A stretch of 63,677 bases of DNA, counting the filler, from Octopus bimaculoides (lineage: Eukaryota), in NCBI RefSeq assembly GCF_001194135.2. It is 6 parts of 5 records of this genome, joined end to end, with 100 filler letters (N's around TTAATTAATTAA, not from the genome) between each part and the next. Parts side by side here need not be neighbours in the genome. Positions count along the whole stretch, not along the records: positions 45,625 to 51,293 come from NC_068997.1; positions 51,394 to 59,746 come from NC_068987.1; positions 59,847 to 63,677 come from NC_068981.1; 3 more parts are not named here. One strand, given 5' to 3'. Under the pieces are notes generated by a model. That model had not been told where the DNA came from. It worked only from the letters and a program-made list of their open reading frames with translations, and did not search any database. The position numbers and the translations under genes are program-made. Shown here piece by piece: positions 49,424 to 61,793 of this stretch (position 1 is the stretch's first letter; the number at the start of each line of letters is the position of its first letter).

Positions 49424-50867
49424 TCATCATCATTATCATCAACATCGTTGCTCTTCTGGTCGATGTTTTATTTCTTGTTGTTGTTGTTGTTGTTGTTGTT
49501 GTTAATCCTATGCTAACACGATATTATTTATCCGTTTGGCCTTTTTACACCTGTCCAGTGTCATCAGCATATCGGCTAATGCTGACGATGACAACAATAA
49601 CGACAAAGCAACAACAACAACAGCAGCAGCAGCAGCCACAAAAACAACAACAACAACAACAACAACAATAATAATAATAATAATGGAAATAATAATGGAA
49701 AGAGAGGAGAAAGAATATGAGGAAGTGGCGAACCGTGATAAGGAAGATGATCGTGATAATGATGATGATGGTGGTGGTGGTGGTGGTGGTGGTGGTCGTC
49801 GTCGTCGTCGTCGTAGTCTTGGTCGTGGTGGTGGTTAGGATCATGACGATGATGGTGGCGATGATGATGACCGTGATATGACGATGACGATGATAAAGAC
49901 GATGAGGATGAGGATGACGATGACGATGATGACGATGATGATGATGAGGATGATGATGATGGTGATGATGAGGATGATGATTGTCAACATCATCATCTTG
50001 ATAGTGATGAGGATACTTCCAAAGAACAACAAATAAGGCACAAGCAATAATTGATGACGATACTGATAATGTGTGAGGGTGAACCTGATGACGACGATGA
50101 TGATGATGAGGAGGGAGGGGAAGGAGGAGAGAAGAAGAAGAAGAAGAAGAAGAAGAAGAAGAAGAAGAAGAAGAAGAAGAAGAAAAAGAAGAAGAAGGAG
50201 AAGGAGAAGAAGAAGAAGAAGGAGAAGAAGAAGAAGAAGAAGAAGAAGAAGAAGAAGNNNNNNNNNNNNNNNNNNNNNNNNNNNNNNNNNNNNNNNNNNN
50301 NNNNNNNNNNNNNNNNNNNNNNNNNNNNNNNNNNNNNNNNNNNNNNNNNNNNNNNNNNNNNNNNNNNNNNNNNNNNNNNNNNNNNNNNNNNNNNNNNNNN
50401 NNNNNNNNNNNNNNNNNNNNNNNNNNNNNNNNNNNNNNNNNNNNNNNNNNNNNNNNNNNNNNNNNNNNNNNNNNNNNNNNNNNNNNNNNNNNNNNNNNNN
50501 NNNNNNNNNNNNNNNNNNNNNNNNNNNNNNNNNNNNNNNNNNNNNNNNNNNNNNNNNNNNNNNNNNNNNNNNNNNNNNNNNNNNNNNNNNNNNNNNNNNN
50601 NNNNNNNNNNNNNNNNNNNNNNNNNNNNNNNNNNNNNNNNNNNNNNNNNNNNNNNNNNNNNNNNNNNNNNNNNNNNNNNNNNNNNNNNNNNNNNNNNNNN
50701 NNNNNNNNNNNNNNNNNNNNNNNNNNNNNNNNNNNNNNNNNNNNNNNNNNNNNNNNNNNNNNNNNNNNNNNNNNNNNNNNNNNNNNNNNNNNNNNNNNNN
50801 NNNNNNNNNNNNNNNNNNNNNNNNNNNNNNNNNNNNNNNNNNAAGAAGAAGAAGAAGAAGAAGAAGA
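48923..50867. repeat. Large compound trinucleotide-repeat region
   Basis: (CAT)n, CAT/CGT, (CAC), (GTT)n, then (AAC)/(CAG)/(AAT), GAT/GGT, (CGT), GAT/GAC and (GAA)n up to and beyond the gap. Confidence 0.95.
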
Positions 50868-51052
50868 CGAAAAGTGTTATTCTCAAAGGATGGTGAGTGT
50901 TGTTTTCTTTCCTTTCTTTCTAAACAACGAAACAACAACCTCAAACACAAACAGCAACAATAACAATAACAACACCATAACCACATATATACATATATAA
51001 AAAAAAGTTACATACATTACAAACTATTTCGAAAAAAAAAAAAAAAAATAGT

Positions 51053-51087
<35 letters not shown>

Positions 51088-51241
51088 TAGCAGCAGCAGC
51101 AGCTAGAAGCTGTCATTTGATGGGCATGAAACAAAATGTGACAAGCGTATGTAGGGGACAATGACTCGCACAAACACTTACCAAACCAGCCCAAAACACG
51201 CTGAATCTAAGCGACAAATACGCATGCGTCGAATGCGTACT

Positions 51242-51293
<52 letters not shown>

Positions 51294-51337
51294 NNNNNNN
51301 NNNNNNNNNNNNNNNNNNNNNNNNNNNNNNNNNNNNN

Positions 51338-51349
51338 TTAATTAATTAA
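51338..51349. other. Artificial scaffold linker TTAATTAATTAA
   Basis: 44 N on each side. Confidence 0.95.
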
Positions 51350-51393
51350 NNNNNNNNNNNNNNNNNNNNNNNNNNNNNNNNNNNNNNNNNNNN

Positions 51394-51450
<57 letters not shown>

Positions 51451-54363
51451 TAATTTTATCTTAAATTTGATATTTCAGTGTAAAGTTTAAAATGTTTTAC
51501 AGAAATATAACCAAATAATCGCCATAGTCACGTTAATAACAACAGTAATGACAACTCTATAGTAATGATAGCAACAGTAATGATTACAACAATGAAAGCA
51601 GCAACCACAACCACCACCACAACCACCACCACCACCACCACAACAACAACAATAACAACAAATACAATTGTAATACTAATGATTATATAACAGAATTCCT
51701 TCGAGTTATTAGGATAATTAATCTAGAGGTTACACTAATTACTTGGAACATTATATACACACACACGTATACATATATATATATATATATGGTTTTGTTT
51801 ATATTATTCGGTTTAATTATGCTGTTATTGATGGTAATTTGCAATGCCTTCACAAATATCGAAAATTCGTTATTTTGTAACATCTTTTATATTTATTGTT
51901 TGTTATGTTAATAGATTCTTCATGATTTTATTTACGCAAGTCGAGCTGAAATAGTTTATTTGAATCCAATCTATACTTCCGTAGTCATTATAATAATGAA
52001 ACCACTCTAGAATTAATTCAACAAGTCAAAGGCAAACTTAATTTGGCATAAGACTTTCTTTTCCTTCCTTTTTCTTTCATTTTATTATTTTATATTTTTA
52101 TGCATTTTTGTTTTTGTTTTGGTTATTTTATTCTGCTTTATTGCATTGCGTACGGCTGAGATTAATCTGATAAATGTATCTTAGTTTGTCTGAAAATACA
52201 AAATTCTCAGAATATACTTTTATTTATTTTATTTGTGTTTGTCTTCTTATTAAAGTCTGCAATATTTTGGTCAGCAAGAAAATAATAAAACTTCGTTGTT
52301 TGTTGTGAAAATCAATTAGCCCCATTTTTCAGGTCTGGAGAATTCAACAGCCTGTAGCATCTTACCTCACCTCCATAGTTAAAACTACTTTCATTCAACA
52401 TACACACATGTACACACGAATATTAGCACACATATAAACGCACATAGACAAACACACGTACACACACACGCGCATATAAAATTGCATACATAATATGACG
52501 CCGTCAGCAACAAGTGTTCTGTTAGAGACTTCATTTGAAAACATTTTTTTCCGCTTTTTCTTTACCATTGAATTGACCTAACCCGACCAACATTCATAAC
52601 ATACATCTTCTTGTTATTTACTTAAGAGAAACAGTTTCATAACTGAATATTTTGACGTTATTTCCAGCTTGTGGAAATTCGCGGCAACAATCATGGCTGC
52701 CACTAGTAACAATAATACCATTGCTGCCATCAACAATTCTACGAAATTTGTGAACTATCAGAACATTTAGATATATATTATCAGAAAGTTCTTGAAAACC
52801 ACATCAAGCACTTAAAGTAGTACTGGGTTTAACATAAACCCAAACGTAATCCACTTCATGAATGATATCAATGACGATTATCATCTTTTGTGAGGAAGCT
52901 GACCGACATACCGGAGACCAAAAGTTATTTTGGTCAAAGATCTTAATTGAAAAATTAGGATGACAGCCATAATGTATCATGAGTGAATACAATCAAGAAT
53001 GAATACCGAAAAACACTAGTAGTAAAATATATACAACTGTCTCCAGAATGCTTACAAAGGTTATGAGAAAGCTATATAATACGAAGGCACCAAGTAGAGT
53101 CAACGTTCAACTGAACAGCTGTCACGTGTATATTAGAAAGAATTACAGAATAACAAATTGACATATCATGCTTGCCTAAACATTATGCATAATCTTTGAA
53201 GAGGCTCTTTGTATTAATCCTTTTGCGATCATTGATATTCTAAGTAGCTGATGAGCAAGTAACTGGAAAGAGAGGAGTGATGTTTAATGGAGCTGAAGAA
53301 GCTAATTAGTACAGGTGAGCTCTCGAGAGTAAAAGAAGAAGAAAAGGCAAAGTATTATCCTTGCCGAAATATGGTTTGATTCGAAAAAATTATGTTTGGC
53401 TCTATCTATTATCATGTTTGGAATGGCTGCCTTATATGATTCTGGTAAATACGGAACTTGCTATCTATTCTGTTGCTATTAATAGGCTTACAAAACCTGG
53501 TTAAATCGCTTCAGCCGTGTAACTAAAAGCACACCTGTGGTCTCTGATATAAAATCTTTCGAAATGAACATTTCATGGAAGCTGCAGCTTTTACCTTTAT
53601 TTACCTCAGCACTAAGTCCACACAAAGGTCTACTAGGGGGACATAGGTAAAACAAAATCAAGTCTTCCAAACACAAGAATGAATATGCCGTTCTGCAAAA
53701 TAAAAAAAAATACGCTTATATCTTTATCCAATAATTTTTTACGGGTATTCAAATCCAATTAAAAATGGAAAAATTTCATATGAAAATAATGAATTAAAAA
53801 TTAATGAAACATTCGGGAAAAAATGTTTAGTTGTCATTCTTAATAAAATAAATTTGTTTTAAACGTCATATCTGCTAAGAATTTAACACAGTCTAAAACG
53901 GATCAATGTTGATGTTTTTGGTGTGTTTTTTTAGATTACGAAACTTTAGGCGGGTGGATTTGTAGAGGAGATCTACTGAGAAATCAGGAAAATTGTGTAT
54001 TTTTAAGAATACTATTTAGATGTAAAAATAACTTGAAAACCGGGCGAATCGCAACACTAAACCAGAAATTATTCTGTAAGATCATAGTGAAAGCTTTCAG
54101 CAAAACATGTTTTAATGGTGATACTCTTCCAGTTTTAGAGATGTTTATTTCTTGTAGCAATTTGTCGGTAAGTTAGGCATATACGTTATTGAAAAACTTT
54201 TGATGACGTTATAAATTCTTCTTTCCTCATAACAATTGAAACGTACTGCATATACCAATGTATGCAGTGGGTTTCTTTGCCCTAGGTGTTGGGAAGACGC
54301 CTACGGCCAGAAGATAATAACAACAACAACAACAACAACAATAATAATAATAATAATAATAAT

Positions 54364-54788
54364 AGCCAACAGACCAGATATAGTTATCAAAGATCATGAA
54401 GGAAAAAAATGCTTTCTAATTGATGTATCAATACCAGCAGATGACAACGTTTCCCTAAAAGAAATGGAAAAACTTTCAAAATACAAAGACCTGGAAATAG
54501 AGATAACTCGAATGTGGAATCTAAAAACAGAAACAATTCCTATCATAGTAGGTGCCTTAGGTATAATAAAAAAAATATTCAGACAAATACATAACAAAAA
54601 CACCAGGACTTACAAATATATATAACATACAGAAAATTGCACTACTGGGTACTGCACACATTCTACGCAAAACACTTTCAATACAGTAAACATAAGAGCA
54701 CCACAGCAAACCACAGCACATACCCAAGGCGCACAGAGCTGCGCTTGGTAGTGAAGTGAAAGCACGTTATAAAAATAAAACTACTGAA
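54364..54788 (+). mobile_element. 5'-truncated R4/Dong-like non-LTR retrotransposon (restriction-like endonuclease plus 3' UTR) within (AAT)n
   Basis: NRPDIVIKD...CFLIDVSIPADDN...KEMEKLSKYKDLEIEITRMW...IPIIVGALG (PD..D/E..K REL motif). After a frameshift in an A-run it reads IQKIALLGTAHILRKTL, with stop at 54687-89. (AAT)n flanks both ends. Confidence 0.85.
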
Positions 54789-55421
54789 CAATAATAATAA
54801 TAATAATAATAGTCACGGCCAAATTATTATACACTTGCACATTTATTCAACAAATACTTATACAGATTTATATTGTGACGTATGTGTTTGGAAATTACTT
54901 CATAATGAAACAAAGAGAAAACAATGTTTTCCATAAGTTTTGTCTAAAGCGAGAGCAAGGTCATTATTAATAGGTGTGGTGGAACTTGTTCAATAAAATT
55001 AGATGAAGAGAGAATCAATGTGTTATTACCGTTTTTCATCGATTGTTTCTTGTTTCGTGTAATGTTGTTTTCATAAAAATTAATTGTAGAGGTGTTCTCA
55101 AATAATGTTGAAGAGTAGAAGTCAAAAGTTTATTTATATTTTATATTATTAACGTAATTTTAGTTCAGACAATTCGACAATATCCTGTAATTTTATCAAT
55201 TTATCATTTGCCAAGTATATGAATTGTAACCTTGGAAACTGATAGTTCTGAGAAAATTTGTGTGAATATGTCTCGTACAGTTTGAATAGTTCTTTTTTTC
55301 CTTTTGTTTGTATCGTTTTTTTCGCTTAGTGTTTACATAATAAATGACATATTTGATTCTAATAATTAAAGAGGGACACAATATTGTATGTTACAATTGT
55401 AGTAAGCGAAGTTCTATTTAT

Positions 55422-55676
55422 TACTCTTTTACTCTTTTACTTGTTTCAGTCATTTGACTGCGACCATGCTGGAGCACCGCTTTTAGTCGAGGAAATCGAC
55501 CCCCAGGACTTATTTTTTGTAAGCCTAGTACTTATTCTATCGGTCTTTTTTTTTACCGAACCGCTAAGTTACGGGGACGTAAACACACCACCATCGGTTG
55601 TTAAGCGATGTTGGGGGGACAAACACAGACACACAAACATATACACACACACACATACATACATATATATATATAT
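55422..55676 (-). mobile_element. SINE family B, 3' half
   Basis: tactcttttacttgtttcagtcatttgactgcgaccatgctggagcaccgc...gggggacaaacacagacac. Confidence 0.9.
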
Positions 55677-56933
55677 AAATTGATTTTAATTGAGTTTTTA
55701 CCTGTAATTTTGGATTTTGTCCCTAATATTATATNNNNNNNNNNNNNNNNNNNNNNNNNNNNNNNNNNNNNNNNNNNNNNNNNNNNNNNNNNNNNNNNNN
55801 NNNNNNNNNNNNNNNNNNNNNNNNNNNNNNNNNNNNNNNNNNNNNNNNNNNNNNNNNNNNNNNNNNNNNNNNNNNNNNNNNNNNNNNNNNNNNNNNNNNN
55901 NNNNNNNNNNNNNNNNNNNNNNNNNNNNNNNNNNNNNNNNNNNNNNNNNNNNNNNNNNNNNNNNNNNNNNNNNNNNNNNNNNNNNNNNNNNNNNNNNNNN
56001 NNNNNNNNNNNNNNNNNNNNNNNNNNNNNNNNNNNNNNNNNNNNNNNNNNNNNNNNNNNNNNNNNNNNNNNNNNNNNNNNNNNNNNNNNNNNNNNNNNNN
56101 NNNNNNNNNNNNNNNNNNNNNNNNNNNNNNNNNNNNNNNNNNNNNNNNNNNNNNNNNNNNNNNNNNNNNNNNNNNNNNNNNNNNNNNNNNNNNNNNNNNN
56201 NNNNNNNNNNNNNNNNNNNNNNNNNNNNNNNNNNNNNNNNNNNNNNNNNNNNNNNNNNNNNNNNNNNNNNNNNNNNNNNNNNNNNNNNNNNNNATATATA
56301 TATATATATAATGTATGTATGTATGTGGTTGTTGAGATTGTGAGTTATGGCGTTCAGAGAGTTGATGGAGTTGAAAGAGTTTACCATTCCTAAGCCTATT
56401 CCAATATGAATGATACGTAACTGACATTACAGGTGCAGCGATCATCTTCTCCAGTCAGGCTAGGGCTGACTTATACATAAACAGGATTTAGGATTAGGCG
56501 AGTAGATATGAATGTTACCAGCATCTGTCGTGTTGACTGTATTAAAGCCAGATTACAATTGCCGAGAGATTTGGATAACATCTTACTTTGATTGCATTGT
56601 ATGGAAGTCTCAGCCGTAATTTCTTTCTTTGTGCGTACACATTTGTCGATATTCTATCAAAATACGATCTATACTACTGGTATATTTTTATGCATTTATC
56701 AGACATCAGAAATATGTTCAGAAATATTAACTTTTTGAGAACATCTCACTAATCTATACACTTCAACCAGAATATAATAATTCTGTTTTATCTATTCAAG
56801 GCCAGCAGTCCTACTTGGGAACTATGTCAAGGGGTACACGTGACTTCGGAATACTCAACCGATTTGAATTCTAATTCAATGAGTATATTGTCCAACCGTT
56901 TGAGCATCTGGACACTCATAATAGAAATCGATG

Positions 56934-57353
56934 TACTCTTTTACTTGTTTCAGTCATTTGACTGCGGCCATGCTGGAGCACCACCTTTAAGTCGAGCAAA
57001 TCGACCCCGGTACTTATTCTTTGTAAGCCTAGTACTTATTCTGTCGGTCCCTTTTTGCCGAACCGCTAGGTTACGGGGACGTAAGCACACCAACATCGAT
57101 TGTCAAGCGATGTTGAGGGAGAGGCAAACACAGACGCACAAACACACACACACACACACACAAACATACACACACACACACACACATATACGACGGGCTT
57201 CTTTCAGTTTCCGTCTACTAAATCCACTCAAAAGGCTTTGGTCGGCCCGAGGCTATAATACAAGATACTTGCCCAAGGTGCCACGCAGTGCGACTGAACC
57301 CGGAACCATGTGGTTCGTAAGCAAGCTACTTACCACACAGCCACTCCTGCGCC
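56934..57353 (-). mobile_element. SINE family B, full length
   Basis: Complete reverse complement from tail (tactcttttacttgtttcag) to head (cacacagccactcctgcgcc). Confidence 0.93.
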
Positions 57354-58393
57354 TATAACATAGAAAACCTTTCTGCAACGTCTTCAACCCGATTTGCAAA
57401 TCCCGAATAGTTTTGAGCTCCAACTAGAGACGACACGATAAAACATTGAATAGCTGTGTCCTGTTGAACGATCATCTCTCGAAGTGACGGGAGTCCAAAG
57501 CATGCGTCTATAAATACACAATATCTTTCATAGTTACGAGACATCACAACATAAAAACAACACGTCTTTTTTTAACATCACAAGAAAATAGATATATTCA
57601 TATAACCTGAGACTATTTACAAGTAAAGTACTTTCTAATTGTCTTTTTAATTGCAATGAACTTCTAAGCAAAATAACACTTCTGAGTTTGTTTTGTCCCA
57701 AGGCAGCCCAATCGATTGTATTTCTGACAAAAGACGTTCTGTCCTTCATCTCTTTGCTTTGTCTTACTTCTAGATTACCTTGCTCAATATGTGGTTCTTT
57801 ATTTAGGATGGTTACTTTACGGATATTTAGCTGTTATATCTAGAAGCTGAAGTGAACCTATACAGGTTCTTTAATTGGCTGATAAACTGGTCTTCTCTCA
57901 TAAGAAGGTGAGTGTTTAATCGGTTGAAAAATAATTGCTTAGCGACTCTGAATTAACCAAATGAAGAAGCGATATCATAATTTGAACACTGAATTGTTAT
58001 TCATTATTGTAGAGTGAATATAGATTAACGAATATAGATTAACGTGTAAGGAAAGATAATTGAACTACTTATAGCATTATTANNNNNNNNNNNNNNNNNN
58101 NNNNNNNNNNNNNNNNNNNNNNNNNNNNNNNNNNNNNNNNNNNNNNNNNNNNNNNNNNNNNNNNNNNNNNNNNNNNNNNNNNNNNNNNNNNNNNNNNNNN
58201 NNNNNNNNNNNNNNNNNNNNNNNNNNNNNNNNNNNNNNNNNNNNNNNNNNNNNNNNNNNNNNNNNNNNNNNNNNNNNNNNNNNNNNNNNNNNNNNNNNNN
58301 NNNNNNNNNNNNNNNNNNNNNNNNNNNNNNNNNNNNNNNNNNNNNNNNNNNNNNNNNNNNNNNNNNNNNNNNNNNNNNNNNNNNNNNNNNNNN

Positions 58394-58565
58394 CTTTGCT
58401 GGTGCGCTTACGTCCGCGTAACTTAACGATTCGGCAAAAGAGACTGATAGAATAAGCACTCGGATTTACAATAATAAGTACCGGGATCCGCTAGTCTGAC
58501 TAAAATTCTTCAAAGCGGTGCCCCAGCATGGCCTCAGCCTAGTGACTGAGACAAGTAAACGATAA
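58394..58565 (+). mobile_element. SINE family B variant, 3' part
   Basis: ttcggcaaaagagactgatagaataag...gcggtgccccagcatggcctcagcctagtgactgagacaagtaaa. Confidence 0.75.
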
Positions 58566-59238
58566 AAGAATATATAAATATACATCACCTTTTAAAATGG
58601 CCAAAACGAGTTTAGCTAGCTTCATATTGGTTTTTCTATTTCTTTTCTTTTTTTTTTTTTTTTCGTTTATTCATTGCTACATTAAAACCGTAAACGAATT
58701 TCTTCCAGAAGGGAATATATAACTATATCGGATGTGGCATCAGCTGCGATTCCTGATTCACGCAACAAAAAGAAAAACAGTACATTTCCAATAAATGGCG
58801 AATATATGTTGTACGTAGTTCTCATATCAGCTAATTCAATTCACATCTCACAAGAAGAAATTGACGGAACCACATCTGATTATCTACCTTCAAATCGAAA
58901 ACCGTTCAAACAGGGACTAATTAAGACAACGTAAGTTATATAACACTACCGAGAGAGAAAGAAAGCTTTTTCTTGCTACGAGAAGTAATCATACAATGTA
59001 AAAATCGAATCCTCAAAAAAAAAAACAAAAAAAAATCTTGAATCACTTAGCTAAATTCGATCCACAGTGATGCATATCGCAGTAAGTTGTTGCCTAGTTA
59101 CAAATGTTAAAACAATTAACATAGCATTAATGCAATAACCAGCGTTCACACATGAACAGATAAGATGAAAATGCAAAACATCAATATAGCGTTACTCTAC
59201 CAATCGTAACCACCGAAGATAGCATACATCATATATAA

Positions 59239-59331
59239 ATGTGTGTGTGTGTGTGTGTGTGTGTTACTGTGTGTGTGTGTGTTACTGTGTGTGTGTGTGT
59301 TACTGTGTGTGTGTGTATTACTGTGTGTGTG
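59239..59331 (+). repeat. Higher-order microsatellite (GT)n-TACT
   Basis: (GT)n runs interrupted four times by tact at roughly 15-17 bp spacing. Confidence 0.85.
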
Positions 59332-59333
59332 TA

Positions 59334-59635
59334 CAGGGTGCGATGCGTAGATTGTCGCCATTTTATATTCTTAATAACACCAAAGATGAACTGGAGGCAA
59401 GGATTATGGCAGCATTCACCAACTTAAACAAGGAGACCGCTCAGAAAAGTTGCAGGAGATTCCGAAATGATCTGGAGGTCGTGGTTCGAGCCAATGGCAA
59501 GTTTATTGAATAAATTTACTCTTTTATATTTCAATATCTCATTATGAATTTTTGTTAATATATCTGTTGAAATGAGATGTCAGTGTTATTTTCATTTTTG
59601 CGTAGTTTAGACGACAGTTTATTCACCGCACCCTG
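59334..59635 (+). mobile_element. 302-bp Tc1/mariner-derived internally deleted element (MITE)
   Basis: TA|cagggtgcg...cgcaccctg|TA with about 25-bp imperfect TIRs. It retains the transposase C-terminus TKDELEARIMAAFTNLNKETAQKSCRRFRNDLEVVVRANGKFIE*. Confidence 0.88.
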
Positions 59636-59790
59636 TAAGTATATTAGATATATGCGTGTGTGTGAGTGTGTGTGTGTATGTGTGTGTGGACATATATAGA
59701 TATGTATGTATATATGTTTGTGTATGTATTTACATATATATATATANNNNNNNNNNNNNNNNNNNNNNNNNNNNNNNNNNNNNNNNNNNN

Positions 59791-59802
59791 TTAATTAATT
59801 AA
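59791..59802. other. Artificial scaffold linker TTAATTAATTAA
   Basis: 44 N on each side. Confidence 0.95.
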
Positions 59803-59846
59803 NNNNNNNNNNNNNNNNNNNNNNNNNNNNNNNNNNNNNNNNNNNN

Positions 59847-59926
<80 letters not shown>

Positions 59927-60020
59927 CATATACATACACACATATATATATGTATATGTCTGAATATATATCAATATATGTATATAAATATGTATGTATA
60001 TATATATGTATATATTTGCT

Positions 60021-60053
<33 letters not shown>

Positions 60054-60466
60054 ATGTATGTATATATATATATATATATACATATATGTATATATATGAA
60101 ATGGTCAACGATTGATATTGGAGGTAAACTTGTGAATGTCGTCGATATTAGAAACTTAAGAAAATGGTTTATACTTTTATCTCAGTCGTTATTCCGTTAG
60201 ATATGAAGCAATCTAGATATATGTCTGTGTGTCGCTTTAACTAATTATGTACTAAAATCCTATTAACTTGAGATATAGATGAAAAAAGATAAATAATATA
60301 AATGATTTAGTGGAGAAGTGTTTTAAAAAATACTATGTCTAGTGTATATATATACACTTCCTTTTATTTTTTCACTTGTATTGAAGAATTTTGTATATGG
60401 AGTGGAATGAAAGGTTTATATAAGTTGGTTTTCTTTGTTGCTTTAACTCTGTATGTGTCATTCTGT

Positions 60467-60549
<83 letters not shown>

Positions 60550-60972
60550 NNNNNNNNNNNNNNNNNNNNNNNNNNNNNNNNNNNNNNNNNNNNNNNNNNN
60601 NNNNNNNNNNNNNNNNNNNNNNNNNNNNNNNNNNNNNNNNNNNNNNNNNNNNNNNNNNNNNNNNNNNNNNNNNNNNNNNNNNNNNNNNNNNNNNNNNNNN
60701 NNNNNNNNNNNNNNNNNNNNNNNNNNNNNNNNNNNNNNNNNNNNNNNNNNNNNNNNNNNNNNNNNNNNNNNNNNNNNNNNNNNNNNNNNNNNNNNNNNNN
60801 NNNNNNNNNNNNNNNNNNNNNNNNNNNNNNNNNNNNNNNNNNNNNNNNNNNNNNNNNNNNNNNNNNNNNNNNNNNNNNNNNNNNNATATATATATATATA
60901 CATAGCCATGCAAACAACTGCTTGTACGGGTGTTATTTCGGGTTTCGTGTCTTATTGGTTAATTTCTTTTTC

Positions 60973-61372
60973 CCCGTGTCATTAGGTGTTTCGTGTGTTT
61001 CAACATCTGACACCTTCACCCATGTAATCTAAGCAAGGTCGATCAAGCCCCACCTTCTGTACGGTTAGTACTACCCTTTGAAGCGCTATCTCTTTCAGGG
61101 CTTGCACCTTCTGCTCCACATCCGCCTAACGCTAGCTTCAACTGCTTCCACAACCAACCCGATGGCTTTTTGCCAATTGGTGTAAGCTCTGCAGGGAGAC
61201 GACTGGCCTATAAGTTCTCTGCAGCACACCTTCCTGGGATTAGACATTAATTGCCACCCATTGCTTTGGCATAGCCTCAACAGCTCAGCATGTTTCATTT
61301 CCATGATCTCATTTGCCTCATCCATGTAGCACTGCCAGGGAACGGATTCTTTCAAGAGAATCACCTGCGTGT
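60973..61372 (-). mobile_element. HERO-like (REL-endonuclease) non-LTR retrotransposon 3' end
   Basis: VILLKESVPWQCYMDEANE...NGWQ..PRKVCCRELIGQS...KAIGLVVEAVEASVRRMWSRR resembles my recollection of HERO ELTVPWEE.MEEA / GW..EVGCRGF.GQS / AAE.ASRWLW. The 3' UTR ggtgtcagatgttgaaacacacgaaacacc is also HERO-like. Confidence 0.7.
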
Positions 61373-61743
61373 ATGCTTCTGAGATAATCTTCTTATCCTC
61401 GTTTGTACATGTTACTAAAGTGGAAACATTCTAAATAGCTTTCGTTAGGATATTACGGGGAAACACTAATAAATGGGTTAGAAAATTTTATTAGGGGATA
61501 ATAAGATATATTTTCTTGTTGGCATACAAGAAGATATAAGGGACTAAAAGTCTATGATTAAAAATGATAACTTTGATTAACGAACAGGGCTCTAGAACAA
61601 ATTATGTTCGTATATAGAGGTGCAACTTATATGTGTACGCGCGTGTATGTGCGCGCGCACGTATAATATATGTATATGTTTTTGTATATATGTATGTATG
61701 TATACACATATATATGTGTATGCCTACATTTATTTAACTGAAG

Positions 61744-61790
<47 letters not shown>

Positions 61791-61793
<3 letters not shown>

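Noticed and set aside
48865-49671. 268-aa ORF with poly-His, poly-Ile/Val, poly-Thr and poly-Gln
   Set aside because: Entirely explained by CAT/CGT/CAC/CAA triplet repeats, which lack stops. No folded-domain sequence.
52690-52985. Kozak-like ATGGCTGCC start and protein-like reading (possible processed pseudogene)
   Set aside because: The frame stops after 19 codons, the alternative frame has stops at background frequency, and no homology is recognised.
53249-53280. CTGATGAG...GAAA hammerhead-like string
   Set aside because: No helix II closing pair, and no helix I or III partners nearby.
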